Source: Candidatus Hydrogenedentota bacterium (GTDB taxonomy: Bacteria > Hydrogenedentota > Hydrogenedentia > Hydrogenedentales > SLHB01). Taken from it: 64,000 nt of DNA. Both the position numbers and the translations under genes were made by a program. This document shows positions 1 through 7,656 of this stretch, piece by piece. Location of the stretch: NCBI GenBank assembly GCA_034408725.1, contig JAWXCN010000200.1, positions 2,871 through 66,870 on the forward strand. Direction: 5' to 3'. Within the stretch, counting starts at the first letter, position 1; each line of letters opens with the position of its first letter. The notes beneath the pieces are model-generated. The model searched no databases. It had not been told where the DNA came from and saw only the letters and a program-made list of their open reading frames with translations.

Positions 1-47
1 CGGAAGCACCCGCGACGGCGAGCGCGCCGCGCAGCACGGCCCGCTCG

Positions 48-503
48 ATGATTCAGGGAATCGTGGCGACGTGCGCGGTTATCGCGATGATATTGGTCCT
101 GTATTACCTCGTGAACCGGTACGGAAAGAAAACGCCGTTGCTGGCGGGGACGTCGCTTGGCCAGATCATGGGGCGCGTTCATCTCGGCCCACGCGCATCG
201 CTGATGTTTGTGAAGGTGCGGGACCGGGTCCTGGTAGTGGGCGTGACGCCTACGGAAATTTCGCGCGTGGCGGAGTTCGATGCGTCAATGTTTTCGGATG
301 GCGCCGTGAAGGAAATCGTCCGTGAGAGCGCCCCGATTGAGCCGTCGAATCCTTTTTCACGGGAATTGAAGAAGGCGCAAACGCCAACAACTGCAAGCGC
401 CAGTGCCGACTTAGCGGGTGACGAGTGGGTCGCGGCGATGCGGCAAGACCTGGATCGGTTTCAACAAAACCTGGAAGAGTTTTCGCGCGATGTCGAGCGG
501 TAA
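48..503 (+). CDS. fliO: Flagellar biosynthesis protein FliO-like
   Basis: 151-aa ORF with an N-terminal TM helix (IVATCAVIAMILVLYYLV) followed by GRVHLGPRASLMFVKVRDRVLVVGVTPTEIS, a FliO-like core. Its stop overlaps the fliP ATG at 490. The frame stays open to the window edge, so the start may lie upstream. Confidence 0.6.
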   Translation: MIQGIVATCAVIAMILVLYYLVNRYGKKTPLLAGTSLGQIMGRVHLGPRASLMFVKVRDRVLVVGVTPTEISRVAEFDASMFSDGAVKEIVRESAPIEPSNPFSRELKKAQTPTTASASADLAGDEWVAAMRQDLDRFQQNLEEFSRDVER

Positions 504-1260
504 GATTGCCGCAATCATCGCAATGGGCCTATTGGCCGCGCCGTTTGCGTTCGCGCAGGCGCCCCCCCCGGACAACTCGCTCGGTCTGAATATTTTTCAG
601 ACTGCGCGCGATGCCGTGGAACCCCAACAACTTTCCACTACGTTATCCGTCTTTTTGTTACTCACGGTATTGACGTTGGCCCCGGCCATTGTTGTCATGA
701 CAACGTCGTTCACACGGATCATTGTCGTGCTGGGCTTCCTGCGGCAGGCAATGGCGACGCAGCAGACGCCTCCGAACCAGGTGCTCATCGGTCTCGCGTT
801 GTTCCTGACATTCTTCATCATGGCGCCAACCTATCAGCGGGTCTACAGCGATTCATTGCGTCCATACATCGACAATCAGATCGGACCGGAAGAAGCGTTG
901 ACACTTGGCATGGAGCCGGTGCGCGAGTTCATGTTTCGCCAAGTGTTGCAGCATCCGAAAGACCTCGCGCTGTTCATCAACATCGCGAAACTGCCGCGGC
1001 CAAACACGCCGGATGATGTGCCTACGCACGTCCTGATCTGCGCGTTTATTCTGAACGAAATGCGCGTCGCGTTCATGATCGGGTTCATCATCTATATTCC
1101 GTTTTTGATCATCGACATGGTCGTCGCGAGCACGCTGATGGCCATGGGCATGATGATGCTGCCGCCGGTTTTCATTTCGTTGCCGTTCAAGATCATCCTG
1201 TTCGTCTTGGCCGACGGTTGGTTCTTAATTGTGCGCGAATTGGTCAATAGCTTCGGCTAA
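490..1260 (+). CDS. fliP: Flagellar type III export apparatus protein FliP
   Basis: Signal peptide MSSGKIAAIIAMGLLAAPFAFAQA, then conserved FliP/SctR blocks (LTVLTLAPAIVVMTTSFTRIIVVLGFLRQA..., PNQVLIGLALFLTFFIMAP, LPFKIILFVLADGW). The ATG at 490 was chosen over the 418 ORF start because it gives a signal peptide and couples to the fliO stop. Confidence 0.9.
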   Translation: MSSGKIAAIIAMGLLAAPFAFAQAPPPDNSLGLNIFQTARDAVEPQQLSTTLSVFLLLTVLTLAPAIVVMTTSFTRIIVVLGFLRQAMATQQTPPNQVLIGLALFLTFFIMAPTYQRVYSDSLRPYIDNQIGPEEALTLGMEPVREFMFRQVLQHPKDLALFINIAKLPRPNTPDDVPTHVLICAFILNEMRVAFMIGFIIYIPFLIIDMVVASTLMAMGMMMLPPVFISLPFKIILFVLADGWFLIVRELVNSFG

Positions 1261-1291
1261 TTGGATCAAAAACGGCCTTTCGCTATACTCT

Positions 1292-1924
1292 TTAATAAAA
1301 AAACAGACGCTTCAACCAAGATACAAGTGAATCAACTTCCGGAACGTCGGGATCAAGATATCTCGCTGTGATAGCAGTTCCTAATGGCTTCCCAGGCTCC
1401 ACTTGCCAAGCCAGCCAGGTATGCACCATAGCCTTGGACTCCATACGTGGGGTAAACCGCTTCTCGTCCTCAGGGATAGATACTACGCTGGATTTAACAT
1501 GCTCGAACAGTGCCGAACCACTTGGAATCAAGAACTGTAAAAAGTCTTCTAAAGCTCCTGGGGTCGTATTGTCGGGCATAATCCAAAAACCTGCACGTGG
1601 CAAAAGTGAATTTGCAGGAGGTAAGATAACTGTACCGATAGAATCTGGGACAGTAGGTGGATTGGGGTAGCCTGCGCGTACTAATCGTGTGCGAAGCGCA
1701 TCCCACCTCGAAGCCACTTTAATGTCGGCATCGATAATGACTCCTAATGCAGCGAGATCGCTTTCCTTCAGCCGCACGGGGAGATTTTCCAGCAGCCGGT
1801 CAACGCCCCCTTGAGGTTTTATCTCGTCTATTTTGGGTAGGCCGCGATTTCCGCAAACGTGCTTTAACACATGTTCATCGTCTGGGCCCTCTACCAAAAG
1901 GACATTCTTAGCCATTGCGCTCAT
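1292..1924 (-). CDS. Small Toprim-like protein (DUF3226-like), partner of the upstream ATPase
   Basis: 210 aa. N-terminal LLVEGPDDEHVL (E12) and GVIIDAD (D65-x-D67) give the E...DxD Toprim pattern. C-terminal HTWLAWQVEPGKPLGTAITARYL matches my recollection of the DUF3226 family. Start overlaps the ATPase stop (ATGA). The gene is AT-richer than its flanks. Confidence 0.6.
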   Translation of the reverse strand: MSAMAKNVLLVEGPDDEHVLKHVCGNRGLPKIDEIKPQGGVDRLLENLPVRLKESDLAALGVIIDADIKVASRWDALRTRLVRAGYPNPPTVPDSIGTVILPPANSLLPRAGFWIMPDNTTPGALEDFLQFLIPSGSALFEHVKSSVVSIPEDEKRFTPRMESKAMVHTWLAWQVEPGKPLGTAITARYLDPDVPEVDSLVSWLKRLFFY

Positions 1925-3045
1925 CGCACCTCAATTCGTTCTCGCGCCGCGACGGCCAGCTCCTTTTCGTCGAATATCGTTGGAATAATTTCGTTTCCCT
2001 TTTTAGTTAATCGAATGAGAACACCTTCATCCGGTACTTCACTCGCAGCTTTTTGAAAGGCATCGATTGCATCCCAACTGTGCGAGGTGGCAACCACTTG
2101 GATATCGAGCCGAGTAGCGAGTTTGAAGACCGCCCGCCATGCATCTAGTTGAACAGTGTGATGCATGCCGTTCTCAAATTCGTCTACCAGAAGAATTCCA
2201 CTTTTCGCATTGACAAGCGACAAAATTATTCCGAACAAACGATTGAGTCCGTCACCAAAGGAACGAAGCGGCACGGGTCTCTGTATTTGCTTCGATCTGA
2301 CAATCGCTGTTCGCGCGTGATGCGCGCCCTCGCCACCTACCATTGATACTCCAATGATACCATCATCAATGATGCGAAGCGCTTCAACAACGTCTTCTTC
2401 GCGATCGGACAGTGCAATTTTGTCCCACAAGTATCCAAGGGTGGCTGTTCCTTCTCCTCCATATGGACTAACAAAAAGACATGTAAAGGCCTGATCTTCA
2501 ACTTCTGTCCTGAGTGCACTTCGATATCCAAAACGACGACGCAACCGGCTTAGAGGCAAGAGACGTTCTATGTTATTTGATTTCACACGCAAGGCGGGAT
2601 AGTCCTCTTCGCCTTCAAACAGTGACTGCTGCCTACTCACAAATCTTCTCGATCCGTCAGGCCCAAGTTCCTCTGAAAGCCAACAGGCTTCCAGTGAAAG
2701 ATCCAGTGAGCGTTGGCGACCATTAGACCGAATAACAATAGGTTTAATGTCCGTGGAAAACTGTGGAAAACCGTTAAAAAGACTTGACCATGGGAACATG
2801 CCTTCCGCATTTGCAGGTTGATTTTGGTCCTCAATTTCTCCTGTGTGCTCTTCTCTGAAACGAAGAATCTTGTTTATTATGCTAGGCGACGCATCCGAGA
2901 CAAGTATTTGAAGAGCTTCTAAAATTGATGATTTCCCGGTATTATTTCGTCCTGTAATGAGGGTGACCCGCCCAAGACCCGATAATTCAATTCGTTCTAG
3001 GGCACGAAACCTTTCTATCGTCAAAGTTTCAATTTTTGGCTTCAT
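1921..3045 (-). CDS. ABC-type AAA_15/AAA_21-like ATPase
   Basis: Walker A GRNNTGKSS, signature-like SFGDGLNRL, Walker B ILLVDEFENGMH, H-loop ATSHS. The ATG at 3045 is preferred (AGGGAG lies 7 nt upstream) because the longest-ORF start at 3078 falls inside the predicted promoter. Confidence 0.8.
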   Translation of the reverse strand: MKPKIETLTIERFRALERIELSGLGRVTLITGRNNTGKSSILEALQILVSDASPSIINKILRFREEHTGEIEDQNQPANAEGMFPWSSLFNGFPQFSTDIKPIVIRSNGRQRSLDLSLEACWLSEELGPDGSRRFVSRQQSLFEGEEDYPALRVKSNNIERLLPLSRLRRRFGYRSALRTEVEDQAFTCLFVSPYGGEGTATLGYLWDKIALSDREEDVVEALRIIDDGIIGVSMVGGEGAHHARTAIVRSKQIQRPVPLRSFGDGLNRLFGIILSLVNAKSGILLVDEFENGMHHTVQLDAWRAVFKLATRLDIQVVATSHSWDAIDAFQKAASEVPDEGVLIRLTKKGNEIIPTIFDEKELAVAARERIEVR

Positions 3046-3064
3046 ATAGGTGCTCCCTAGCTTC

Positions 3065-3093
3065 ATCATAAGCCTCACTACCTATTTTTCCAA
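3065..3093 (-). promoter_or_regulatory. Sigma70-like promoter TTGGAA-N17-TATGAT for the ATPase/Toprim cassette
   Basis: On the minus strand, TTGGAA (3088-3093), a 17-nt spacer, then TATGAT (3065-3070). This is about 20 nt upstream of the ATG at 3045. Confidence 0.45.
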
Positions 3094-3112
3094 ATCGGAG
3101 ACTAAAATACCC

Positions 3113-3961
3113 CTATGGTGATTCCTGCCGGCGAAAGCGTTCCACGAGTCGATTGCCGGACATTGACGCCGTGCGCAAACCTTCGTGCAATTGCTTCAGC
3201 GTTTCTTCGGGCATGTCCGGCGTGTACTTGCTGTTGGACGGTTCGAATTGGCTGACGTGCGCCGCGACGGCTTTTACTTTGGTTTCGTAGAGGCCGGTGA
3301 TGTCTACTTCATAGTTAGGCGCCTGCGAATAGTAGTAATAGACCAGCGGCACGGAGAAAGGCTCCAGCTTCTCATCGAGATAGTGTTGCGGATAGTACAA
3401 GTGCCATTGCGCGGCGATGAACGCATCCTGCGTGATGTTGGCGCCCATTCGGTGATCGGTTTTGTGCCATTGCACCCAGGTAGCGCCGGGATCGGGACTG
3501 AACACGATGTCGGGACGATACTTCTTGATCTGACGCGCGAGCTCGCCGCGCAAGTGCTTCGGATCGGCGTATTCCAGATCGCCGTCTTCGTAGCCAAGCC
3601 AGTGCAGATTTTCGATCGGAATGTCGACGACTTTCGACGCGGCTTCTTCTTCCGCGCGGCGGATTTGCGCGAGGCGTTCGCGGGTCATCTCGAGGTCTTT
3701 CGATCCGCGGTTGTCATTGGTGAAGATGACGACGTGGATCGTGTTCTTGTTTTTCGAGAGTAGCGACAGGGTCGCGGCCATGGCAAAATGTTCGTCATCG
3801 GGGTGCGGCGTGAATACGAGGATCGATTTGCCGGTGACGGTTTCGAGGCGGTCGGCATCGGCGACGGCGGGCGGGTTTTCGATCATCGGCGCAACCATCG
3901 GCTGGGCGGCAGCGAACATACCCAGGCCAACCAGAATTACGGCGGAACATAGAATGCGCAT
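3113..3961 (-). CDS. PIG-L/LmbE family deacetylase, secreted
   Basis: Motifs VFTPHPDDEHFAMAATL and HKTDHRMG. Signal peptide starts at MRILCSAVILVGLGMFAAAQP (internal ATG at 3961). Confidence 0.75.
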   Translation of the reverse strand: MRILCSAVILVGLGMFAAAQPMVAPMIENPPAVADADRLETVTGKSILVFTPHPDDEHFAMAATLSLLSKNKNTIHVVIFTNDNRGSKDLEMTRERLAQIRRAEEEAASKVVDIPIENLHWLGYEDGDLEYADPKHLRGELARQIKKYRPDIVFSPDPGATWVQWHKTDHRMGANITQDAFIAAQWHLYYPQHYLDEKLEPFSVPLVYYYYSQAPNYEVDITGLYETKVKAVAAHVSQFEPSNSKYTPDMPEETLKQLHEGLRTASMSGNRLVERFRRQESP

Positions 3962-4155
3962 GCGTCTCCTCCTTTTGGTGCAGGTGAGCATAAAGGGAGT
4001 TCGGCCCAAAAATCACCTGCGAAGTAGAGATGGCAACGGTGAATCTCGTACTCTTGGGCGTAGTCCCGTCGAAGCCGTGAACGCGGCGCGTATTCGCGGG
4101 ATGAGGCGGAAGACTTTCACGGCGCCAGGTTTTGGCGCATCAGGGAGAAGCGGTG

Positions 4156-5013
4156 ATGAGAAACAGACTGGTTATGCTCTTCGGGATAGCGCTTGCGTTG
4201 GCGGTGGTTTCCAATGCGTCTTCGTGGACGCATAAGCCGAAGATTAAAGAATGGTCGAAGATGGAGAAGAACGACAAAGGCGAGATGGTGGAAGTGTGGT
4301 ACATGACCATTGACGGCGTCATGGTTCACGAGAGCGATCCGTCTATCGTGCCGCCGCCGCCGGTCGTCACTCCGCCGCCCTACGGCGGTCCCGTGCCCGC
4401 GCCATCGGATGCCATTGTGTTGTTTGACGGACAAAGCCTCGACAACTGGACTTCGACGGCGGAAGGCCAGGCGACGAAATGGATCGTGCAGGACGGCGCG
4501 ATGTCGCCAACAGAGGATTCGGGCATGATCCGCACGAAGCAGGAATTTGGTTCGTGCCAGTTGCACGTGGAGTTTGCGACGCCGGCCAACGTCGAGGGTG
4601 ACGGACAGGGCCGTGGTAACAGCGGCGTGTTTTTGCAAGGGCGGTATGAAGTGCAGGTTCTCGACTCATACGAGAACACGACGTACTTCGACGGACAGTG
4701 CGCGGCGCTGTATGGCCGCAAACCTCCGCTGGCGAACGCGTGCCGCAAACCGGGCGAATGGCAGACCTACGACATTGTTTATCACCGGCCCATTTTCAAG
4801 CGGAAAAAGGTGGTGAAACCCGCTACGTTCACCGTGATTCACAACGGGGTGCTGGTGCATGACAACGTTGAGCTGAGCGGCGGCACGTCATGGCGCGGCG
4901 GACACTCGATCAGCCGCTATGTGCCGCATGGCGACACGGGGGCAATAGAATTGCAGGACCATGGAAACCCGGTGCTGTTCAGGAACATCTGGATACGGGA
5001 ATTGAAAGACTGA
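4156..5013 (+). CDS. DUF1080 (3-keto-disaccharide hydrolase-like) domain protein, secreted
   Basis: Signal peptide MRNRLVMLFGIALALAVVSNA. Motifs GNSGVFLQGRYEVQVLDSYEN and IELQDHGNPVLFRNIWIREL are typical of DUF1080. Confidence 0.8.
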   Translation: MRNRLVMLFGIALALAVVSNASSWTHKPKIKEWSKMEKNDKGEMVEVWYMTIDGVMVHESDPSIVPPPPVVTPPPYGGPVPAPSDAIVLFDGQSLDNWTSTAEGQATKWIVQDGAMSPTEDSGMIRTKQEFGSCQLHVEFATPANVEGDGQGRGNSGVFLQGRYEVQVLDSYENTTYFDGQCAALYGRKPPLANACRKPGEWQTYDIVYHRPIFKRKKVVKPATFTVIHNGVLVHDNVELSGGTSWRGGHSISRYVPHGDTGAIELQDHGNPVLFRNIWIRELKD

Positions 5014-5045
5014 CGTTGCGGTGTATTTTCGTGGTGAATGACAAT

Positions 5046-5072
5046 GCCCGGCGCTGGGCCGGGCGTTTTTTT
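5046..5072 (+). terminator. Rho-independent terminator
   Basis: Stem GCCCGGC, loop GCTGG, stem GCCGGGC, then G plus seven T. Lies 33 nt after the DUF1080 stop. Confidence 0.6.
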
Positions 5073-5085
5073 CACAAAGTCAGCC

Positions 5086-6585
5086 TCACAGTATTTCTCC
5101 CTGTAAATACCAGCGCCGCCGTTTTTGATCGTGGTATATCCAGAGCCATCGGCCGCTACGCGTGCGCACATAGAAATACGTTCGCGCGATTTCGCGCATC
5201 CACCATCCGCCGGATACAATCTGGGGTCCGATGACTTCTTCGACCGGCCCTTCTGAAATCCCGGCTATCAGCCAACCGTCGGGTTCGTGCCGATCGCGGG
5301 GGGGCAGCGCAATTGGGGGCGCAAAAATCCGCCGAACCATTGGCCGCACCGCCACGCGCCTCGGATGCGGCAAGGCCAGCCGTTGAAGCGGTTCCCAGCC
5401 ATAGCGGGCTTCGGGCAAATGTCCTTCATGAAGATGCGCGCACACCACTGTGCCGTTTCCCAGTTCCGCGCGGATGCGCGCAAATGCGCGCAGCGCAGCC
5501 TCCGCATTCCGCAGCGCGGCATCGGGAAACAATCCAAGCTGTTGTTCATTTGCCGTGATGCCCGTCGCGCACATCCGAAACTCGATCACCGGCGCGGACA
5601 ACGACAATGCGCCCACGCGCAACCGCAGCAACTGGAGGAGCTGGTTTGCGTCCAGCGTCGGTGTTGCGGGAGTTATTTCCTCGCACAGTTCGCTGCCATC
5701 GCCCAGCCGCAACGTGATCCGCAGCGACGCGAGCGTTTCGTGGCGCGCAGCCAGTTCCATGAACAGTCCTTGCAAGCGTTCGGCAAACAGCGCCAGTAAT
5801 CGATCCAGATTGTCTTCCGGATAGTCCAGTTGCTCGCGCCGTTCGAGGGGTTCAAACAGCCGCTCGGCGTTCAAGGCGTCCCAGCCCTCGCCCCGCGCGA
5901 GTTCATGCAGGGCCGCCGCGCCGGCGCCAAACCTCGCGCGAATGCCTTCGGCGGGAAGGGCGATAAACGCGCCCAGTGTTTTCACGCCAAGTTTGAGCAA
6001 GGTATCGCGCAGGCGCGGATCGATCAGAACCCGCTCGATGGGAACTTGCCGCAGATGCGCGCGTTCCTGTTCGGACGATTGAAATACAAAGCCGTGCATG
6101 CTCGAATGCGCCGCCGCATAACTTCCGAACCGCGAAAACCCGACCGCGACCACCGCGCGGAAACCGGCATCGCGCAAATCATCGCGTATGAGCGCTGCCC
6201 ATGCTTCGAGCGAGGGATAGACCGCGCGCAACCCTGATGCGTCCAGCCAAAACACCCCGTGTTCGTGTTTGGCAGGTTCGATCCGCGGACTAAAGCACCA
6301 CAGCCGTTGTGTCATCGCGCGCACCGCCTCGGTGATCTCCGTCTCCGCTACTACGCCGCCGCGCAACTCGCGCGACAACGATAACCCCGCCGCGTAGCGC
6401 ATGCCCGGAAAAATACGGCTCGCATAGGCGAGTTCATTCGCCCACTGGATCAGGCCCAGCGGGGTGTCGCGGTCCACCACCACCACGGGCCGCACCGTCC
6501 AATCGGGATGCGCGCGCAACAGCAGTTGCAACGGCAGCCCCTGGATATCAACACAGGCCGTCCGGTCCACGGTACATCTCCCCAT
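5086..6585 (-). CDS. imuB: ImuB, Y-family polymerase-like mutasome subunit
   Basis: 499 aa. N-terminal ACVDIQGLPLQLLLRAHPDW is typical of ImuB. Lies directly downstream of, and overlapping, an ImuA-like gene. Confidence 0.8.
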   Translation of the reverse strand: MGRCTVDRTACVDIQGLPLQLLLRAHPDWTVRPVVVVDRDTPLGLIQWANELAYASRIFPGMRYAAGLSLSRELRGGVVAETEITEAVRAMTQRLWCFSPRIEPAKHEHGVFWLDASGLRAVYPSLEAWAALIRDDLRDAGFRAVVAVGFSRFGSYAAAHSSMHGFVFQSSEQERAHLRQVPIERVLIDPRLRDTLLKLGVKTLGAFIALPAEGIRARFGAGAAALHELARGEGWDALNAERLFEPLERREQLDYPEDNLDRLLALFAERLQGLFMELAARHETLASLRITLRLGDGSELCEEITPATPTLDANQLLQLLRLRVGALSLSAPVIEFRMCATGITANEQQLGLFPDAALRNAEAALRAFARIRAELGNGTVVCAHLHEGHLPEARYGWEPLQRLALPHPRRVAVRPMVRRIFAPPIALPPRDRHEPDGWLIAGISEGPVEEVIGPQIVSGGWWMREIARTYFYVRTRSGRWLWIYHDQKRRRWYLQGEIL

Positions 6586-7174
6586 GGTTCCAACCCGGGG
6601 TGCGGCGCTTGTCCTTTACGATTTGCACCGTACACGTAAAACAGTCGTGTCCCATGCGCCGCCGGTCTGTTTCTCCGCGCAACGACACCAGCGATCCGCC
6701 CGCGGTATCGCGGCGTTCCCGCCGCGTAATCATCACCAGCGCGGTTTGATGTTTTTTTGCAAGCCCCACCAGCCGCGTCTGGATGCCGAGCGGCAGCTTC
6801 ATTCTGTTTCCGACATCCAGCACCACCAGCGCAAAGGCGCCGGAGCGCAGCAGCGTGTCCGCCACGTGCCATCCCTTGCTTTCATCGGTCACACGCACTA
6901 CAGGCAGCGCGGACAGGTCAATGCCCGATGCGTCGAAGTCCGGTGGGAAAAAACCAAACCCCGGTCCACCGATCCATGTCGCCAGCCCGCCACGTTCCTG
7001 CGCCTCCACTACCAGTCCCGCGCACACCGTCACCGCAGACGATTTCGATGCCCCGCCCAGTTCCACAAAGCGGCCCAGAACTGTGTCCAGCCCCCAAGCC
7101 TTAGCGCGCAAAGGTAATTGCGATAATTCGCGCGCGGTTTGCATGGTATTGAATGCCAATGACTTAGTGTCCAT
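6548..7174 (-). CDS. imuA: ImuA, RecA/SulA-like mutasome subunit
   Basis: RecA-fold-like GRFVELGGASKSSAVTVCAGLVVEAQ and ALVVLDV, positioned before imuB. The ATG at 7174 has GGAG 7 nt upstream. The longest ORF starts at a TTG at 7195. Confidence 0.7.
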   Translation of the reverse strand: MDTKSLAFNTMQTARELSQLPLRAKAWGLDTVLGRFVELGGASKSSAVTVCAGLVVEAQERGGLATWIGGPGFGFFPPDFDASGIDLSALPVVRVTDESKGWHVADTLLRSGAFALVVLDVGNRMKLPLGIQTRLVGLAKKHQTALVMITRRERRDTAGGSLVSLRGETDRRRMGHDCFTCTVQIVKDKRRTPGWNHGEMYRGPDGLC

Positions 7175-7241
7175 TTGACTGCTCCATAAGCTCAAAAGAC
7201 GGGGCCGGAAATAGAAAAGCCGGATTTATGCACCACTCAAT

Positions 7242-7270
7242 AAAATACTGAATAAATAATCAGTTGTCAA
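7242..7270 (-). promoter_or_regulatory. Promoter TTGACA-N17-TATTTT with embedded SOS-box-like palindrome CTG-N10-CAG
   Basis: On the minus strand: TTGACA (7265-7270), 17-nt spacer, TATTTT (7242-7247). The spacer carries AACTGATTATTTATTCAGTA (7246-7265), with arms ACTGA/TCAGT. Confidence 0.45.
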
Positions 7271-7510
7271 GATGCGTATGGGGAGTGAGGTAGGCGTGGC
7301 CGGCGGGTTTTACCCATTAAAATCAGGCCAACCGGTATTGCGGTTTGCCGTGAGGCTTAAGGGCGTTAGATTTTTACACCTGCAGACGATGCCGCCTTCG
7401 CCAATGTTTTTTCGTGCTGGAGGGCTTGAAAAAAACAACCGTCCAATTTGGAACTGAATTCCAAAATAGCCGAAAACAGCGCGCTGTCAATCCCCCGAAG
7501 TCGTCGACTA

Positions 7511-7644
7511 TGAGCAGCCAAAGCGGTGTCTGCGCTGCCCGCTTCGCCACCGCAGTCCAAATAGTCCTCTTTCCAAACATCAAGTTTTAGGAAGAAGCCT
7601 ATTTGGACTGCGGCGGTCCCCAAGGCGCCGCTTTGGGCTGCTCA
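7511..7644. repeat. Two REP-like units in inverted orientation (imperfect 46-54 bp arms, 34-nt spacer)
   Basis: Left arm tgagcagccaaagcgg...ccgcagtccaaatag (7511-7564). Right arm ctatttggactgcgg...ccgctttgggctgctca (7599-7644). The inner 15 bp are perfectly complementary. Confidence 0.7.
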
Positions 7645-7656
7645 TCACAGACCCAA

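Noticed and set aside
1-51. Possible 3' end of an upstream gene in frame 1 (RKHPRRRARRAARPAR stop)
   Set aside because: Only 16 Arg-rich codons are visible. It is more likely non-coding or the shadow of the fliO frame, which itself stays open to the window edge.
3185-3763. 192-aa plus-strand ORF (and similar ORFs at 3304-3597 and 3621-4235)
   Set aside because: Lies entirely antisense to or overlapping the well-supported PIG-L deacetylase gene. Arg/Val-rich composition is typical of shadow ORFs in high-GC DNA.
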